Origin: Eledone cirrhosa
Lineage: Eukaryota
Length of the DNA stretch: 64,000 bases
Direction of reading: 5' to 3'
Assembly: GCA_964016885.1 (NCBI GenBank)
Contig: OZ024746.1
Coordinates: 65,782,001 to 65,846,000, forward strand
Shown: positions 14,492 to 26,262 of the stretch, one piece after another
How positions within the stretch are numbered: the first letter of the stretch is position 1
Layout of the letters: every line of letters begins with the position of its first letter
Position numbers and translations under genes: made by a program
The notes under the pieces: generated by a model
What the model was told of the DNA's origin: nothing
The model's database searches: none
The model's input: only the letters and a program-made list of their open reading frames with translations

Positions 14492-16669
14492 ATAATAATT
14501 ATTTATTGTTAGGAGATATATGATAAGGCAAGTATTCCACTCTCAGTTTTAACTGAAATTGAGGATTCTCCAAAACCTCTATAATTAGTATGTTATATTA
14601 TTGACATAAAATATAAGTATACTAAAATTATAGGGCACGCAAACAGCACATACAAATGCATGCGCAGGCAGACAAATAAACAGGCACACACAAAGAATGC
14701 ACACATACACACGTACACATGCACTTACAAGCACACACACGCACGCACTCACACACACACACGCACAGAAACACACACATGAATGCATATTGATGTATAT
14801 GTATAGAGAGATAGACAAGCAAATCGACAACGGTCAGCGAGAGGGAAATATCTGGAGAAAAAGACATATAGATTTTATCATTTGAAATCCCAGATTTCAA
14901 ATAGACAAATTTATTTTATCGCAATTTTAAACAATTGTTTTTCGATTTATTTTTCTTTTATCACTCTTTGTCTAAAATACTTTAATTTTAGAATTATATA
15001 ATATTTTAAACACATCAATTTAAACAAAATTATCAGAGTTTAATGGCTGACTGAAACAATTTATGTTCTATTACATCATCTCTCGTTTGTTAATTATTCC
15101 CACCGCAAGTCAAAATAAAAAAAAAACGCCTAAATAGATAAAACTCTTCACATCAGCAACCGATAAAAATTATCTAGCTCCAGACTGAAGAGACAGATAG
15201 AGATAGTGATAGAGAGAGGAGAGAGAACGAAAGAGATGAATGGTAAAATAAAATCAACGTATTACCATTTATATTCAGATTATGTCAGGAAAAAATCAAT
15301 ACTACTGTTATGCCGGTCAGAATTGTCTTTTTTCGTATTCAAAAACGACTGTAAAGTTAGTAACTTTTGGAGATTGGCTTTGAAAAGAATAACGATTTTT
15401 TGTTGAAATATAACTTGTTATTGGCTGTTTTCCTTTGAGGATTGAAAAGTGCCAAAACGAAGCATGAAAACGAATGTTTTTTGCTTGAGGTGATACAATG
15501 CACATTCTGAATAGTTGTTTTCTTTAAAGATACATTATGGTCTGCATGATTTTGACGTTTTCTTTTGACAAAACTAAATTTAGTAACTAAAGAATTCTAT
15601 CTTATTTTATTCATATCTCTTCTCTCAGATTTTTGCACTTGCTTAAATTCAATATCCAAATCTCTTGTGTATCTCTTCAAGACCTGTACAATCTCATAAT
15701 TTCTAGAAACTGCAGATGTTCATATATGTTTCTATTATAAAAGTAAACCCCATATAAATTTACTCCTTTTTTCTTTATACACATTTAAAGTTATTGCTGT
15801 CCTTGATTTTAGGTTTATAACTGTTGGAAGAATATATATACAAACGTTATAATACAACTGAATACTGTACATATTGCTTAATTTATGGTCATCAGTTAAT
15901 TGATATTTAACATAATATTTAAATCATTGTGGATACCGGACGGCGATTGATAAATACCCTCAGCTTTTAAGTGATACAGTCTTTGTTTTTAGTCAGTATA
16001 TATTTTTACTGAACTTATTTAACTGTCTACTAATTCTGACATCATATTCAGCTGAAAACTGTGGGTATTAAACGTGACAGCAATGGTTTCAAATCAATAC
16101 TAACGAATCTAATTAGGTTATAATATATTCTAATTTATAGATGTCACTCCTTACGAATTGTCTTACAGGATTTGGAACTTGGAATAACATTGAGTGCGTA
16201 AAATAAATTAATTACGTGATCTAATGTTTAATGAAAATAAGGATTGTCTGGGATAAAAACGAAAGACTTAAATTTTAGTCGAGCATTATAGGGAATCGAC
16301 TTGTACTCTGCTTCCAATGAATCATTTAAAAAACCTATAAAAGTTTACAAATCTGACATGATGGAAATTGAAAATGTTAGCGATATATACAATCATTCCA
16401 TCCTTCATTCCATTATTTTTGTCCTCCCACCCTCACTCGGTCTCACTCTCTCTTTCTATCTATCTCTCTTTCTCTCTCTTTCTCTCCCCCCTATATATCT
16501 GTAAACGATATATGAGGATATATCAATTGAGAAACAAACTAGTATTTTTACACACACACACACACACATATATATAAAGCAAATGATATGTTAATTTATA
16601 TACAATTCTAAAACCAAACTCAAGTGTGTTAGAAAATGCATGTACTCACATAAAGATTACGTACTTAGG

Positions 16670-17140
16670 TGGAAGTATGGCCATCATGTGTCGAGCACCG
16701 GTTATCGCACGTAGGACGGATGCGGCTATCAACTGAGTCCATCGTGAAGATAGCCCCACCATCTTTCTTTAGCCGCGAAGAACAGACAGCTTTTATCCGC
16801 CTCGTGGCCATGGCGAAATAGATCGTGTGGTGGACACGTTTGAAAGGGCTGACGACAATTCTTCTCTTCGGCTCAGCCTTGATTAACTTATTTCAAATTT
16901 CATTTGAAAAAGAAAATTCTGGCAGAGAAGGGTGTGCTCCCTACCCAGCCGTTTTTTGAAAGATGGTGGGAGAAGGGCGCATGGCCCGAGTGAATGAGTC
17001 AGCTCTGAGTATGAGCCTGCAGATCGGACGGGCAAAACTGGGAGGGCGCACTTCCCCAGGGGGTTAGTGTCACCGTGGCTATTGTGGGCTTTCTCCACAA
17101 GATACCCTTGGAAGTCCCCCACCCCCTCGCTATTGGGGCA
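16670..17140 (+). mobile_element. Probable 3' end of a LINE (L1/Tx1-like ORF2 C-terminus)
   Basis: GC-rich island with interrupted frame AFIRLVAMAK*IVWWTRLKGL. Recognised from memory of ORF2 C-termini only. Confidence 0.35.
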
Positions 17141-17307
17141 TTTTCTTTTGTTTAGAATGAATTGTTACATCCTTTGGCTTTGCTTTTCTTTCATACACGC
17201 AGAAACCCATATTTGTACCGTCCTGTACTCTGCTTAATATATTTATTTGTAAATCCCTTTGTGGTTAATAAAGAAACCTATAGGTTTGTTATGGTTATTA
17301 TCTTTAA

Positions 17308-17691
17308 GAGCGGTGGATTGGCAGAATCGGTGCATGGTTGGACGCCATGCTTTTCAGCGTGCAGTTAAGGCACTTTACGTTCTGAGTTCAAATACCGCCA
17401 TGGTTAACTTTGCCTTTCATCCTTGCACGGTCGATAAAATAAAGCACCAGTAATGTATTGGATTCGATTTAATCGACATCCCCCCCCCCCCAATTGCTGG
17501 CCTTGAGCCTAAAGTAGAAACAATTATTAAAATTATTATTACGATGAAAGGCAAAGCTAATCCAGCCAAGGTTAGCTTTATCTTTCATCCTTAAGGGGTT
17601 GATAAAATAAAGTAGCAGTGACGCATTGGTGTCGATATAATCGACTTTCCCCTCCCCAAACATTGCTGGCCTTGTGCCTATATAAGAAACC

Positions 17692-17692
<1 letters not shown>
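17308..17692 (+). mobile_element. One full and one 5'-truncated SINE just 3' (in gene sense) of the large nAChR exon
   Basis: Copies at about 17308-17524 and 17560-17692, ending in an (AAT)n tail. Confidence 0.8.
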
Positions 17693-17741
<49 letters not shown>

Positions 17742-17790
17742 TATTATTATTATTATTATTAGTAGTAGTAGTAGTAGTAGTAGTAGAAGT
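17692..17790. repeat. Compound trinucleotide microsatellite (AAT)n(ATT)n(AGT)n
   Basis: Directly visible; begins about 17 nt inside the splice donor. Confidence 0.95.
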
Positions 17791-17807
17791 AGTGGCGATA
17801 AACTTAC

Positions 17808-18343
17808 CTATGAGTGGCACGAACTCCGAGGTGGCCGGCATATTCTCTGCTATGAGTAACATAAATACAGAGAATGCCAGTAAGACCGTTATTCCAAGTG
17901 TGATTTTTTCTCCCGAATCTGGTGGCAACCAAAATCCCAGTAGGCTAAGTATGGTTAGCCATAAGCATGGGAATATTATATTAAACAGGTAGTAGAGTGT
18001 GCGTCGACGTATTACAATGGTAAAGGTTACGTCTGGATAATGTTCTTTGCAGCATGTGTAACGGACTTCGTTACGGATTACTTTTATATTCAATAAATCC
18101 CATTCACCGCTGTATACATAGTTTGTAAGATCGACGTCTGCTGAACGATTCGTTACATCAACTTGGAAACCGTCATATATCCACGAACCAAATTTCATTT
18201 TGCACATTTGATCATCAAAAGGGAAATATGTGATATCAATTTTACATGAACTTCTTAACTTGGCCGGTGGCGGCCAAAACACTGTTCCGTCGCTGGAAAC
18301 CATGGCTTTGCTTTGCATGTATCCAGTTGTAAAATCATCAGCA
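17808..18343 (-). CDS. nAChR alpha subunit, 536-bp exon (Cys-loop, loops B and C, M1, M2)
   Basis: Encodes (S)ADDFTTGYMQSK...CKIDITYFPFDDQMC...SWIYDG...RYTCCKEHYPD...PPDSGEKITLGITVLLAFSVFMLLIAENMPATSEFVPLI(G). Vicinal CC marks an alpha subunit; GEK marks a cation channel. Acceptor ttttcag|, donor |gtaagt; phases match both neighbouring exons. Confidence 0.97.
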
Positions 18344-18515
18344 CTGAAAAAACGAAAAAAAAAAAAAATCATTATATATGTCATCATTATTATCATCATG
18401 AAATGCATTGATTCCAATCAATTCTGGCACATTATGCTTAGAGTCTTTATATACATAATCATGACCACCATCTTTAAAAAATATGGGTTGGTAACACTAA
18501 GTAATAACTAATAAG

Positions 18516-18901
18516 TGTTTCTACTTTAGGCACAAGGCCAGCAATAACCCAGTGCATTACTGGTACTTTATTTTATCGACCCCGTAAGGATGAAAGGCAA
18601 AGTCAACCTCGGCGGGATTTGAACTCAGATCGTAAAGGGACGTAACTATGCTGGAAAGCATGGCGTCCGACCCTCTACCGACACTGCCAATCCACCGCCC
18701 TAATAATAACAAATACTTGTTTCTACTTTAGGCACAAGGCCAGCAATAACCCAGTTCATTACTGGTACTTTATTTTATCGACCCCGTAAGAAGGAAAGGA
18801 AAAGTCAACCTCGGCGGGATTTGCACTCAGATCGTAAAGGGACGTAACTATACTGGAAAGCATGGCGTCCGACCCACTACCGATACTGCCAATCCACCGC
18901 C
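18516..18901 (-). mobile_element. Two tandem, near-identical full-length SINEs
   Basis: Copies 18516-18699 and 18718-18901, each starting GGCGGTGGATTGGCAGT on the minus strand. Confidence 0.9.
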
Positions 18902-19498
18902 CTAATAACAAATAATAATAGTTATTGAGCGAACGGCAAATACAGTTTTCATAACTGACCTAACCTGACCAGTGTATACCAATGTTGTTGAAAGGAGAAA
19001 TGAGAAGTTAAGGTGGAAATAGGAAGGTTTTAGAACAAAGAGCTGCATCACTATGATGATAACTTATGTTTTGAAATCAATCTCACAGATTTCTATGATC
19101 ACCTGAAATAATGCAACATAGATTCCGAGATTAGTATTCTTCATAAATCAGTTCTATTAGAGGCAACATATATTGTTCGAAAGGTTTTGTTTATTACACC
19201 AGAGAGGATCCAGTTGTTCTATATGTCTTAAACTTATGACAAGCCTGATGCGGCATCCTAAATAAGTAGAAGCAATGCCGGAAACTGTAAAAAAGGAGAC
19301 AGTAATAATAAAAAATCTCAGAACTATTCTGAATGACCATTTTCCGTTGACATCGTAATTGCCCCGTCGAGACATATCTTAACCTCAATTTATTAATCCA
19401 CGTGTACATATATACTCTCAAACGTGAAACCATTATAAACATTTGTACTGCCTCTTCGCTTACACGATGTTATTTTGTTTTCTGTTTACTGTCTCAAC

Positions 19499-19536
<38 letters not shown>

Positions 19537-19547
19537 CCAAGCCATAT

Positions 19548-19794
19548 ATATATAACGGAGGAAATGTGGTAAGGAACCAGGTGGACCATAATGCACCAAA
19601 GTACTCAATACTTAGGGTAGTAGAGTGGGTAATAGGAACGAGTAGGACCCCGACGGCTGAGCTCAAGCCGTTTCGATGGCTAATTCTGGACGCAGTCGGG
19701 GTCCTACTCGTTCCTATTACCCACTCTACTACCCTAAGTATTGAGTACTTTGGTGTGTTATGGTCCACCTGGTTCCTTACCACATTTCCTTCGT

Positions 19795-19800
<6 letters not shown>
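19548..19800. mobile_element. Palindromic (TA)n-flanked element
   Basis: Arms of about 105 bp (19550-19654 and 19695-19797), nearly perfect. The spacer has GAAACGGC on the minus strand. A related diverged copy lies at about 29210-29315. Confidence 0.75.
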
Positions 19801-19825
<25 letters not shown>

Positions 19826-19835
19826 ATGTGTATGT

Positions 19836-19871
<36 letters not shown>

Positions 19872-19885
19872 CACACTCACACACA

Positions 19886-19963
<78 letters not shown>

Positions 19964-20653
19964 GAGAGAGACAGAGAGAGAGAGAACATAACGTTGCTCA
20001 CTTCTACCTAGCTAGCTATTTACTTCCCTAATCCCTTTTGCTCTCTCTCTCTCTTTTTATTTATATGTGTGTATGTGTGGGTGTGTGTGAGTTTGCGTGT
20101 GTCTGTATGTGTAAGTGTCTATAAGGTATAAGGTATTTGCAGCTAGTTAGTATAGAACATGAAGAAAACTTCAGATAAATTAACTTTAATCAATGAAGTA
20201 TAGAAAATAATTCAACCTCTGTATGTTTGTAGAACGAATGTTCAATGAATAGTTGCGCACCTGTTTCACCGCTGCCCGTCAACCTACCCACTAAATGGAC
20301 AACTGCCACTTCAGTGGAACTTTTACATTTTGATAATTATGTTTTTATTCCTCGTTGTTCATTAATAATTAATTTTCACTTCGAAAACCTTTTACTATCG
20401 TGATAATATTCTCTATAGTGGTAAATATTTGATCAGAACAAAAATAGTTTACAAAACATTTTGATACAATAAAGGTAAGAACGTTTGATATTCATTAACA
20501 AAAAATATCCACCAGGTGCTAAATGATGGCTCGATATATCTCAGCTTTCATAAGTGACGTCATTTTCATTTTCCCGCAAATAACAGTACAAAACATAGTA
20601 ATCTCTCAAGTACATAACAGGCTTCAAAATTAAGTGCTAGTTTACTTAATAAT

Positions 20654-20813
20654 TGTTTCTACTTTAGGCATTACTGGTACTTTATTTTATCGACTCCGTA
20701 AGAATGAAAGGCAAAGTCAACCTCGGCGAGATTTGAACTCAGATCGTAAAGGGACGTAACAATGCTGGAAAGCATGGCGTCCGACCTTCTACCGATACTG
20801 CCAATCCACCGCC
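20654..20813 (-). mobile_element. SINE with long target-site duplication
   Basis: CAAAATTAWGTGCTAGTTTACTTAATAAT at 20625-20653 and 20814-20842 (29 bp, 1 mismatch). Confidence 0.9.
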
Positions 20814-21951
20814 CAAAATTATGTGCTAGTTTACTTAATAATGTATTTAATTAACTAAAGTCCTCTGCTAAAGCCCGGCTGCTCTTACTGATGTTGAGGT
20901 ATTGATCTCAAAATAAAAATTATCAAAACCTCATAAATTCAAAATTATATGTGATAATTAGCCTTTACCAAGAAAATACAACAGTAAATATAGTGTAACG
21001 TAAATACTAAAGTTATAAGATGTACCCTATCTTGACTGCAGTTTAATGCCTGAATCAAGTAAAAAAATTAAATTCCACATTGTCGAATGTGTTCCTTCAT
21101 TTATTTAAAGACTCGAGTGACTAAACTGAATTTTGGCTAATATTACTAATAAATCACGACACAAACCAGTAGCTTTCTAGTTTGCTCGATGCCACTGATA
21201 TAGCCAGAACAAGAATTCACCCATTACTCACTGCTACTAATAAAAATGATGCATATCGATAAAGTCTACACATTATATCTCTAACCGATTTTCGCCCTTA
21301 GATTCAGGCCTATAGGAGAAAAACAAACCTAATAAATTATAATCTACTGTCATTTTCAGTCGTAGTTGTGCTGAGATATACGTATGTGATAATCCAAATA
21401 GCTTGATTACATCATGTTATGATCATTATTTATACGGGATCGATAAAATAAAGTACCAGTAATGCACTGGATAATTGCTGGCCTTGTGCCAAAAGTAGAA
21501 ACAATTATTTAATCCAAGGACGATAGGACGATGCAAGGCAGTTGTAGACATTAAAAGATGAATGATGATGATGATGATGATGATGATGATGCAGTTAATA
21601 ATCTCTCGTAATTCTGCAGGTTGATACATATCAGTTGAAATTTTGCTCAGAGGTAACAACATGACGGACCTTTGAATCTTTATATCGTCGTTCGGCCCAC
21701 TAGAAATAACAGCCATTTCTATTTCAAACGGCAAACTAGACCTTGAAAAATTTGGTCCGAATAGTTAATGCAATACTTAAATCCTTGCTGACCTTCAACA
21801 CGAATGGATAGTCTAGACCCGAGCGAGCTTGACAATAGACCCACATTATCAGAGCTGCACTGAAGCTAACAGGCAGCAACATCTTGTGCTGGCATCGAGT
21901 TCCACATAAGATCCATGTGAATGAATTGAGGGGAATATATATATATATATA

Positions 21952-22420
21952 TATAAAATAAGTAAGTCAAACATGTAAAATTTGGCTTCGTTTATTATAA
22001 ATTATAAATTCTCTGCTATATATATTTCGGTGACAGCTATTATTGGCTGTGGCCTCTTCAGGCAGACCGAATTGGTGTGGAAACGAGAGGTACACATGTT
22101 GTTGAAGTGCGTTCCACTCTGTAAATACATCGATATGTCCAGCCCCTGGGTGTGTTGTTAGACAGAGTGGAACGCACATCAACAACCTGTGTACCTGTCT
22201 TTACCACACCAAATCGGACTGCCTAAAGAAGTCACAGCGAATAATAGCTGTCACCGAAATATATATAGCAGAGAATTTATAATATATAATAAACGAAGCC
22301 AAATTTTACATCTTTGACTTACTTATTTTATATTACTCTCGAGTAAACAAACCAACCTGCGTACTTCGTCGAGTACACCAATCTGCAAACTGAGGTGTCG
22401 GTAAACAACCAACATATACT

Positions 22421-22422
<2 letters not shown>
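21952..22422. mobile_element. Palindromic (TA)n-flanked element with a hammerhead in each arm
   Basis: Arms at about 21952-22121 and 22162-22331, with a ~90-nt unpaired extension on the right. Confidence 0.8.
22012..22066 (-). ncRNA. Type I hammerhead ribozyme motif, intact
   Basis: TCTGC-CTGAAGA-GGCCACAGCCAATAATAGCTGTCACC-GAAAT-ATAT-ATA-GCAGA. The plus-strand mirror copy (22219-22272) has a mutated core, CTAAAGA. Confidence 0.88.
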
Positions 22423-22478
<56 letters not shown>

Positions 22479-22521
22479 ATAATAGTTATTTTAATAAATA
22501 TATATATATATATATATATAA

Positions 22522-22821
22522 GGAAGCAGAAAATTGCTTAATGTAATCCAGTTCGTGGTTAAGACAGCCAGTTTCATGGACGGTTTCAACGTACGGTTAG
22601 GGTTAACTCCACAAGTTTGTAAGAATCACGTTCAATCTTGGAGTGTAAAGGATAAAAAAGAAAACACAGGTAAGCATTAAAAAGAGGATTTTATCCAGGT
22701 ATTTACGACCGTTTCATTGGTATGTGCAACCTTATATTGCTATACTGAAAATAGTAGCCACTCAATAATAATTGAGATGGAGAGAGAGAGAGGGGGAAAG
22801 AGAGGGGGGAGAGATAGAGGG

Positions 22822-22875
<54 letters not shown>

Positions 22876-22908
22876 TTTATATATATATATTTATCCCTCT
22901 ATCTCTCC

Positions 22909-22939
<31 letters not shown>

Positions 22940-23387
22940 CATCCCTCCCACTATAAACAATTTAATTCTCTTTAACTCACTTAACTCACTACACTCTAAA
23001 TCTACATCATGTCTACATATATCAAAACTGATCAAAGATTCCTTACACCTCTACCCCTCCCTCCACCTCAGTTTGTCAACCCTACTTCCTAATTCTTCTC
23101 CTCATTCCTCTCTCTCTATACTACTCCCTTTGTCCCTCCACTTTCTAATTCCTCTTCCTCTCTCTCTATACTAGTAAATACAATTCCAAAAAATATTTTT
23201 CTATTTATTAAGAACTTGTTAAGAGTAACTTATTCGCTATTTTGAAAATTTGGACGTGAACAACAATTATTATTGAGTGGCTGCTATTTGCAGTATTGCA
23301 ATATAAGGTTGCACATAACAATGAAACGGTCGTAAATACTTGGATAAAATCCTTTTTTTAATGTTTACCTGTGTTTTCTTTTTTATC
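22522..23387. mobile_element. Inverted-repeat element with nested microsatellite block
   Basis: Arms at about 22651-22774 and 23264-23387, each containing GAAACGGTC. The spacer holds (GA)n-(TA)n-(TC)n tracts. Confidence 0.65.
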
Positions 23388-23419
23388 ATATATATATATA
23401 TATGGAATAGAATGAAACG

Positions 23420-23464
<45 letters not shown>

Positions 23465-23465
<1 letters not shown>

Positions 23466-23839
23466 AATTTCAGGGGAGACACGTACGAGAAAGGTGAATT
23501 ACATGGGTAGATTTAAGCAGTGATAGTATGAAACCTGCTGGCGGAATCTCTTGCAGGTATGGTGAAAGAGTTTGTAGTAGAATGTAGTGCAACTGTTTGC
23601 TAGCATGTTTTCTCTTTATTTTCAAGGTAGTCCTTCATAGATGTTTTTTTTTTATTGTATGCAGCACATCCATTCTGCAATGAAATATATCAGATATTTC
23701 GAAAGACACGGTGATAGCTTAGAGTGGAGCTGTTCCAAGAAGGGAAGTGTGCCATTTATGGCTGTCAAATAATTAATCTAAGGAATCTTAGTGACTGGGA
23801 AGTTTTTGGCGTTAATCTTCTGGTGATTAGCGCAAGCAC

Positions 23840-23840
<1 letters not shown>
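23465..23840 (-). mobile_element. Possible decayed GIY-YIG endonuclease remnant of a PLE
   Basis: Minus frame SKYLIYFIAEWMCCIQ*...QTVALHS loosely follows the S-NLIY-I-C--C--Y...VA-HF pattern. Lies between (TA)n tracts. Confidence 0.35.
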
Positions 23841-23903
<63 letters not shown>

Positions 23904-24051
23904 CATATATATATACATATATATAAATAGCAGTAGAACACTGGGAGGTTATATCCGTAGTAGTAGAGCATTAAGCGCATGGGACGAGTTTGGTAGAAAT
24001 TAGTTCCACAACAGTTAATGCACCAAACACGAAAATGGTTTATTAACTGTT

Positions 24052-24094
<43 letters not shown>

Positions 24095-24147
24095 ATATAT
24101 ATATGTATATATATATATACATATATATGTATATATGTATATATATG

Positions 24148-24177
<30 letters not shown>

Positions 24178-24179
<2 letters not shown>

Positions 24180-24655
24180 TCGCCCGTAACTTTTATTTTT
24201 CATTATACTTAAATGCAACCATACAGCTCGCCATTTTTATTAATATAAGCTCCCTTCTTCGCTGTGACCCGTCTTTTTTCTCTCCCCTTGCTGCTATCCA
24301 CTCTCTCCCCCTTCTCTCACCTTCTCCCTCTTACTTTCGCTCACTTCGTCCGCCACTGTACGCAGCCTCTTTTCTCGCTGACACTGCTACAGCTAAGACG
24401 TGTCTTTTTACTCTCACGTCAAAATTCGCCAGTTCTTACGTTTGAAATGTGTTGTTCACTTGATATTTTCCTATTTTTCGTCTCTTTATGTTGCTTCACA
24501 CTTTGTTACTGTTTACATGTTCCCCCCCCCCACACACACACACTTATATTATCCCAATAACTTATTTCAGTTATTGTTCACCCTAGGCTGAGGTATATTG
24601 TCTCTCAGGTGAAGAAATATCAATGATTCCTAGTGGACAACTTTTATTTTTCGTT
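24178..24655 (+). mobile_element. (TA)n-flanked element carrying a 3'-degenerate copy of the pseudoknotted motif
   Basis: Pyrimidine-rich body followed by the motif at 24550-24647, aligning by spacing with copies at 29.4, 43.2, 62.7 and 63.2 kb. Confidence 0.65.
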
Positions 24656-24661
24656 ATATAT

Positions 24662-25038
24662 GTGGTTGGCAGTATCGGTAGAGAGTCGGACACCATGCTT
24701 TCCAGCATAGTTACGTCCCTTTACGATCTGAGTTCAAATCCCGCCGAGGTTGACTTTGCCTTTCATCCTTACGGGGTCGATAAAATAAAGTACCAGTAAT
24801 GCACTGGTTAATTGCTGGCCTTGTGCCTAAAGTAGAAACAGTTATATATATATTGAATTGGCAGTATCGGTAGAGAGTCGGACGCCATGCTTTGCAGCAA
24901 AGAGTTACAGCCCCTTATGATCTGAGTTCAAATCCCGCCGACGATAACTTGGCCTTTCATCCTTACGGGGTCGATAAAATAAAGTACCAGTAATACACTG
25001 GGATAACTGCTGGTCTTGTGCCAAAAGTAGAAACAATT
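24662..25038 (+). mobile_element. Two tandem SINE copies
   Basis: About 24662-24841 and 24858-25038, separated by a short (TA)n. Confidence 0.88.
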
Positions 25039-25137
25039 ATATATATATATATATATTGTTTTTTTTCCATTACATTTTTCAATCACATTTTTTTATTTGT
25101 TTGACCCGAATTACTTGGTCGTTTCTATAGTTATATA

Positions 25138-25401
25138 TATATAAACGTTTGAATATGTATAATAAAGCCAAAACAATGCAGGTATGGACATAGAAAAAAG
25201 AATGCAATTGAAAAAGATATTATCTCGAAAATTAAGGACGTTTAAAATAAATCTAAGGTAAAAGACGAATTGTCAACAATATCTTTTGCAATTGCATTCT
25301 TTTTTCTATGTCCATACCTGCATTGTTTTGGCTTTATTATACATATTCAAACGTTTATACCGCATTGCACAATGCTTCAAGTGAACTATAATCTCCTCCT
25401 T
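25138..25401. mobile_element. Palindromic element, three-copy family (copy 1)
   Basis: Arms at about 25140-25221 and 25278-25359, then a ~42-nt tail ending GTGAACTATAATCTCCTCC. Relatives at 32894 and 52357. Confidence 0.8.
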
Positions 25402-26068
25402 TATATATATATATATATATATAAATATAGGCAATCATTTTCAAATGCATACTTATCACACAGGCATAAATATATATTATATGTGGATACGGTTGCATAT
25501 GCTGTCCGTATGTGTGTGTCTCATCTACTTTGTAATTTTTAAAGTCTAATAACCAAAAGCCAGATGAACTCAGGTGACTTTCTTCTTTCTGTTAACTTGC
25601 AATAACATTTACCGTATATTTAAAGTTACATTTTTTTAGTTGTTATGAAACGTCAAATTGATTTGTATTTACTAATGTGGTTCAAAGGAGAAGATGTACC
25701 AAGCTCTTAACACCCTCTTATTTAAAAAGAGGTTAATCTCTAAAGCGAGCAGAAAGAGATGTTGAGAAATCCTCGTTTGCGGATGTCGAATTTTATATGG
25801 GATGCCTGACCGTTGGAATCCTCTCAAATATGTATATTTTTACACATAGAGGTAAAAGAAGGAAACTAGTCCATCTCGGTGTGCTGCATAAGAACGTTCA
25901 GAATTCATAAATTTATAATGTTTATAGGTCTAATAAAAGAGATCTTGGATTCATATCCACGAATTGCTACTGGCTAACTACAACACTAGCATGCATAAGC
26001 TACCCCTGCCCATATAATACCTTATATGATCGTGTGTATAACTATATATCGTTTCAGCCTTTTTTAAA

Positions 26069-26262
26069 GGGCGGTGGTGTGGTAGTATCGGTAGAGTGTC
26101 AGACGCCCCTCATGCTTTGTAGTATAGAGCTATGGTCATTTACGTTTTGAGTTCAAATCCCGCAGAGGTTAACTTTGCCTTTCATCCTTACGGGGTCGAT
26201 AAAATAAAGCATCAGTAATAGACTGGAGTAATTGTTGGCCTTGTTCCAAAAGTAGAAACAAC
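26069..26262 (+). mobile_element. tRNA-derived SINE
   Basis: GGCGGTGG start, B-box, conserved body, GTAGAAACA end. Confidence 0.85.

Noticed and set aside
17578-18417. 279-aa ORF as a single-exon protein with poly-T/N/Y tail
   Set aside because: Only 17808-18343 is exon; both ends are intron read-through past canonical splice sites into microsatellite and SINE.
19443-19876. Twin opposite-strand ORFs with near-identical peptides (also 52875-53515)
   Set aside because: A consequence of the DNA palindrome, not of coding selection.
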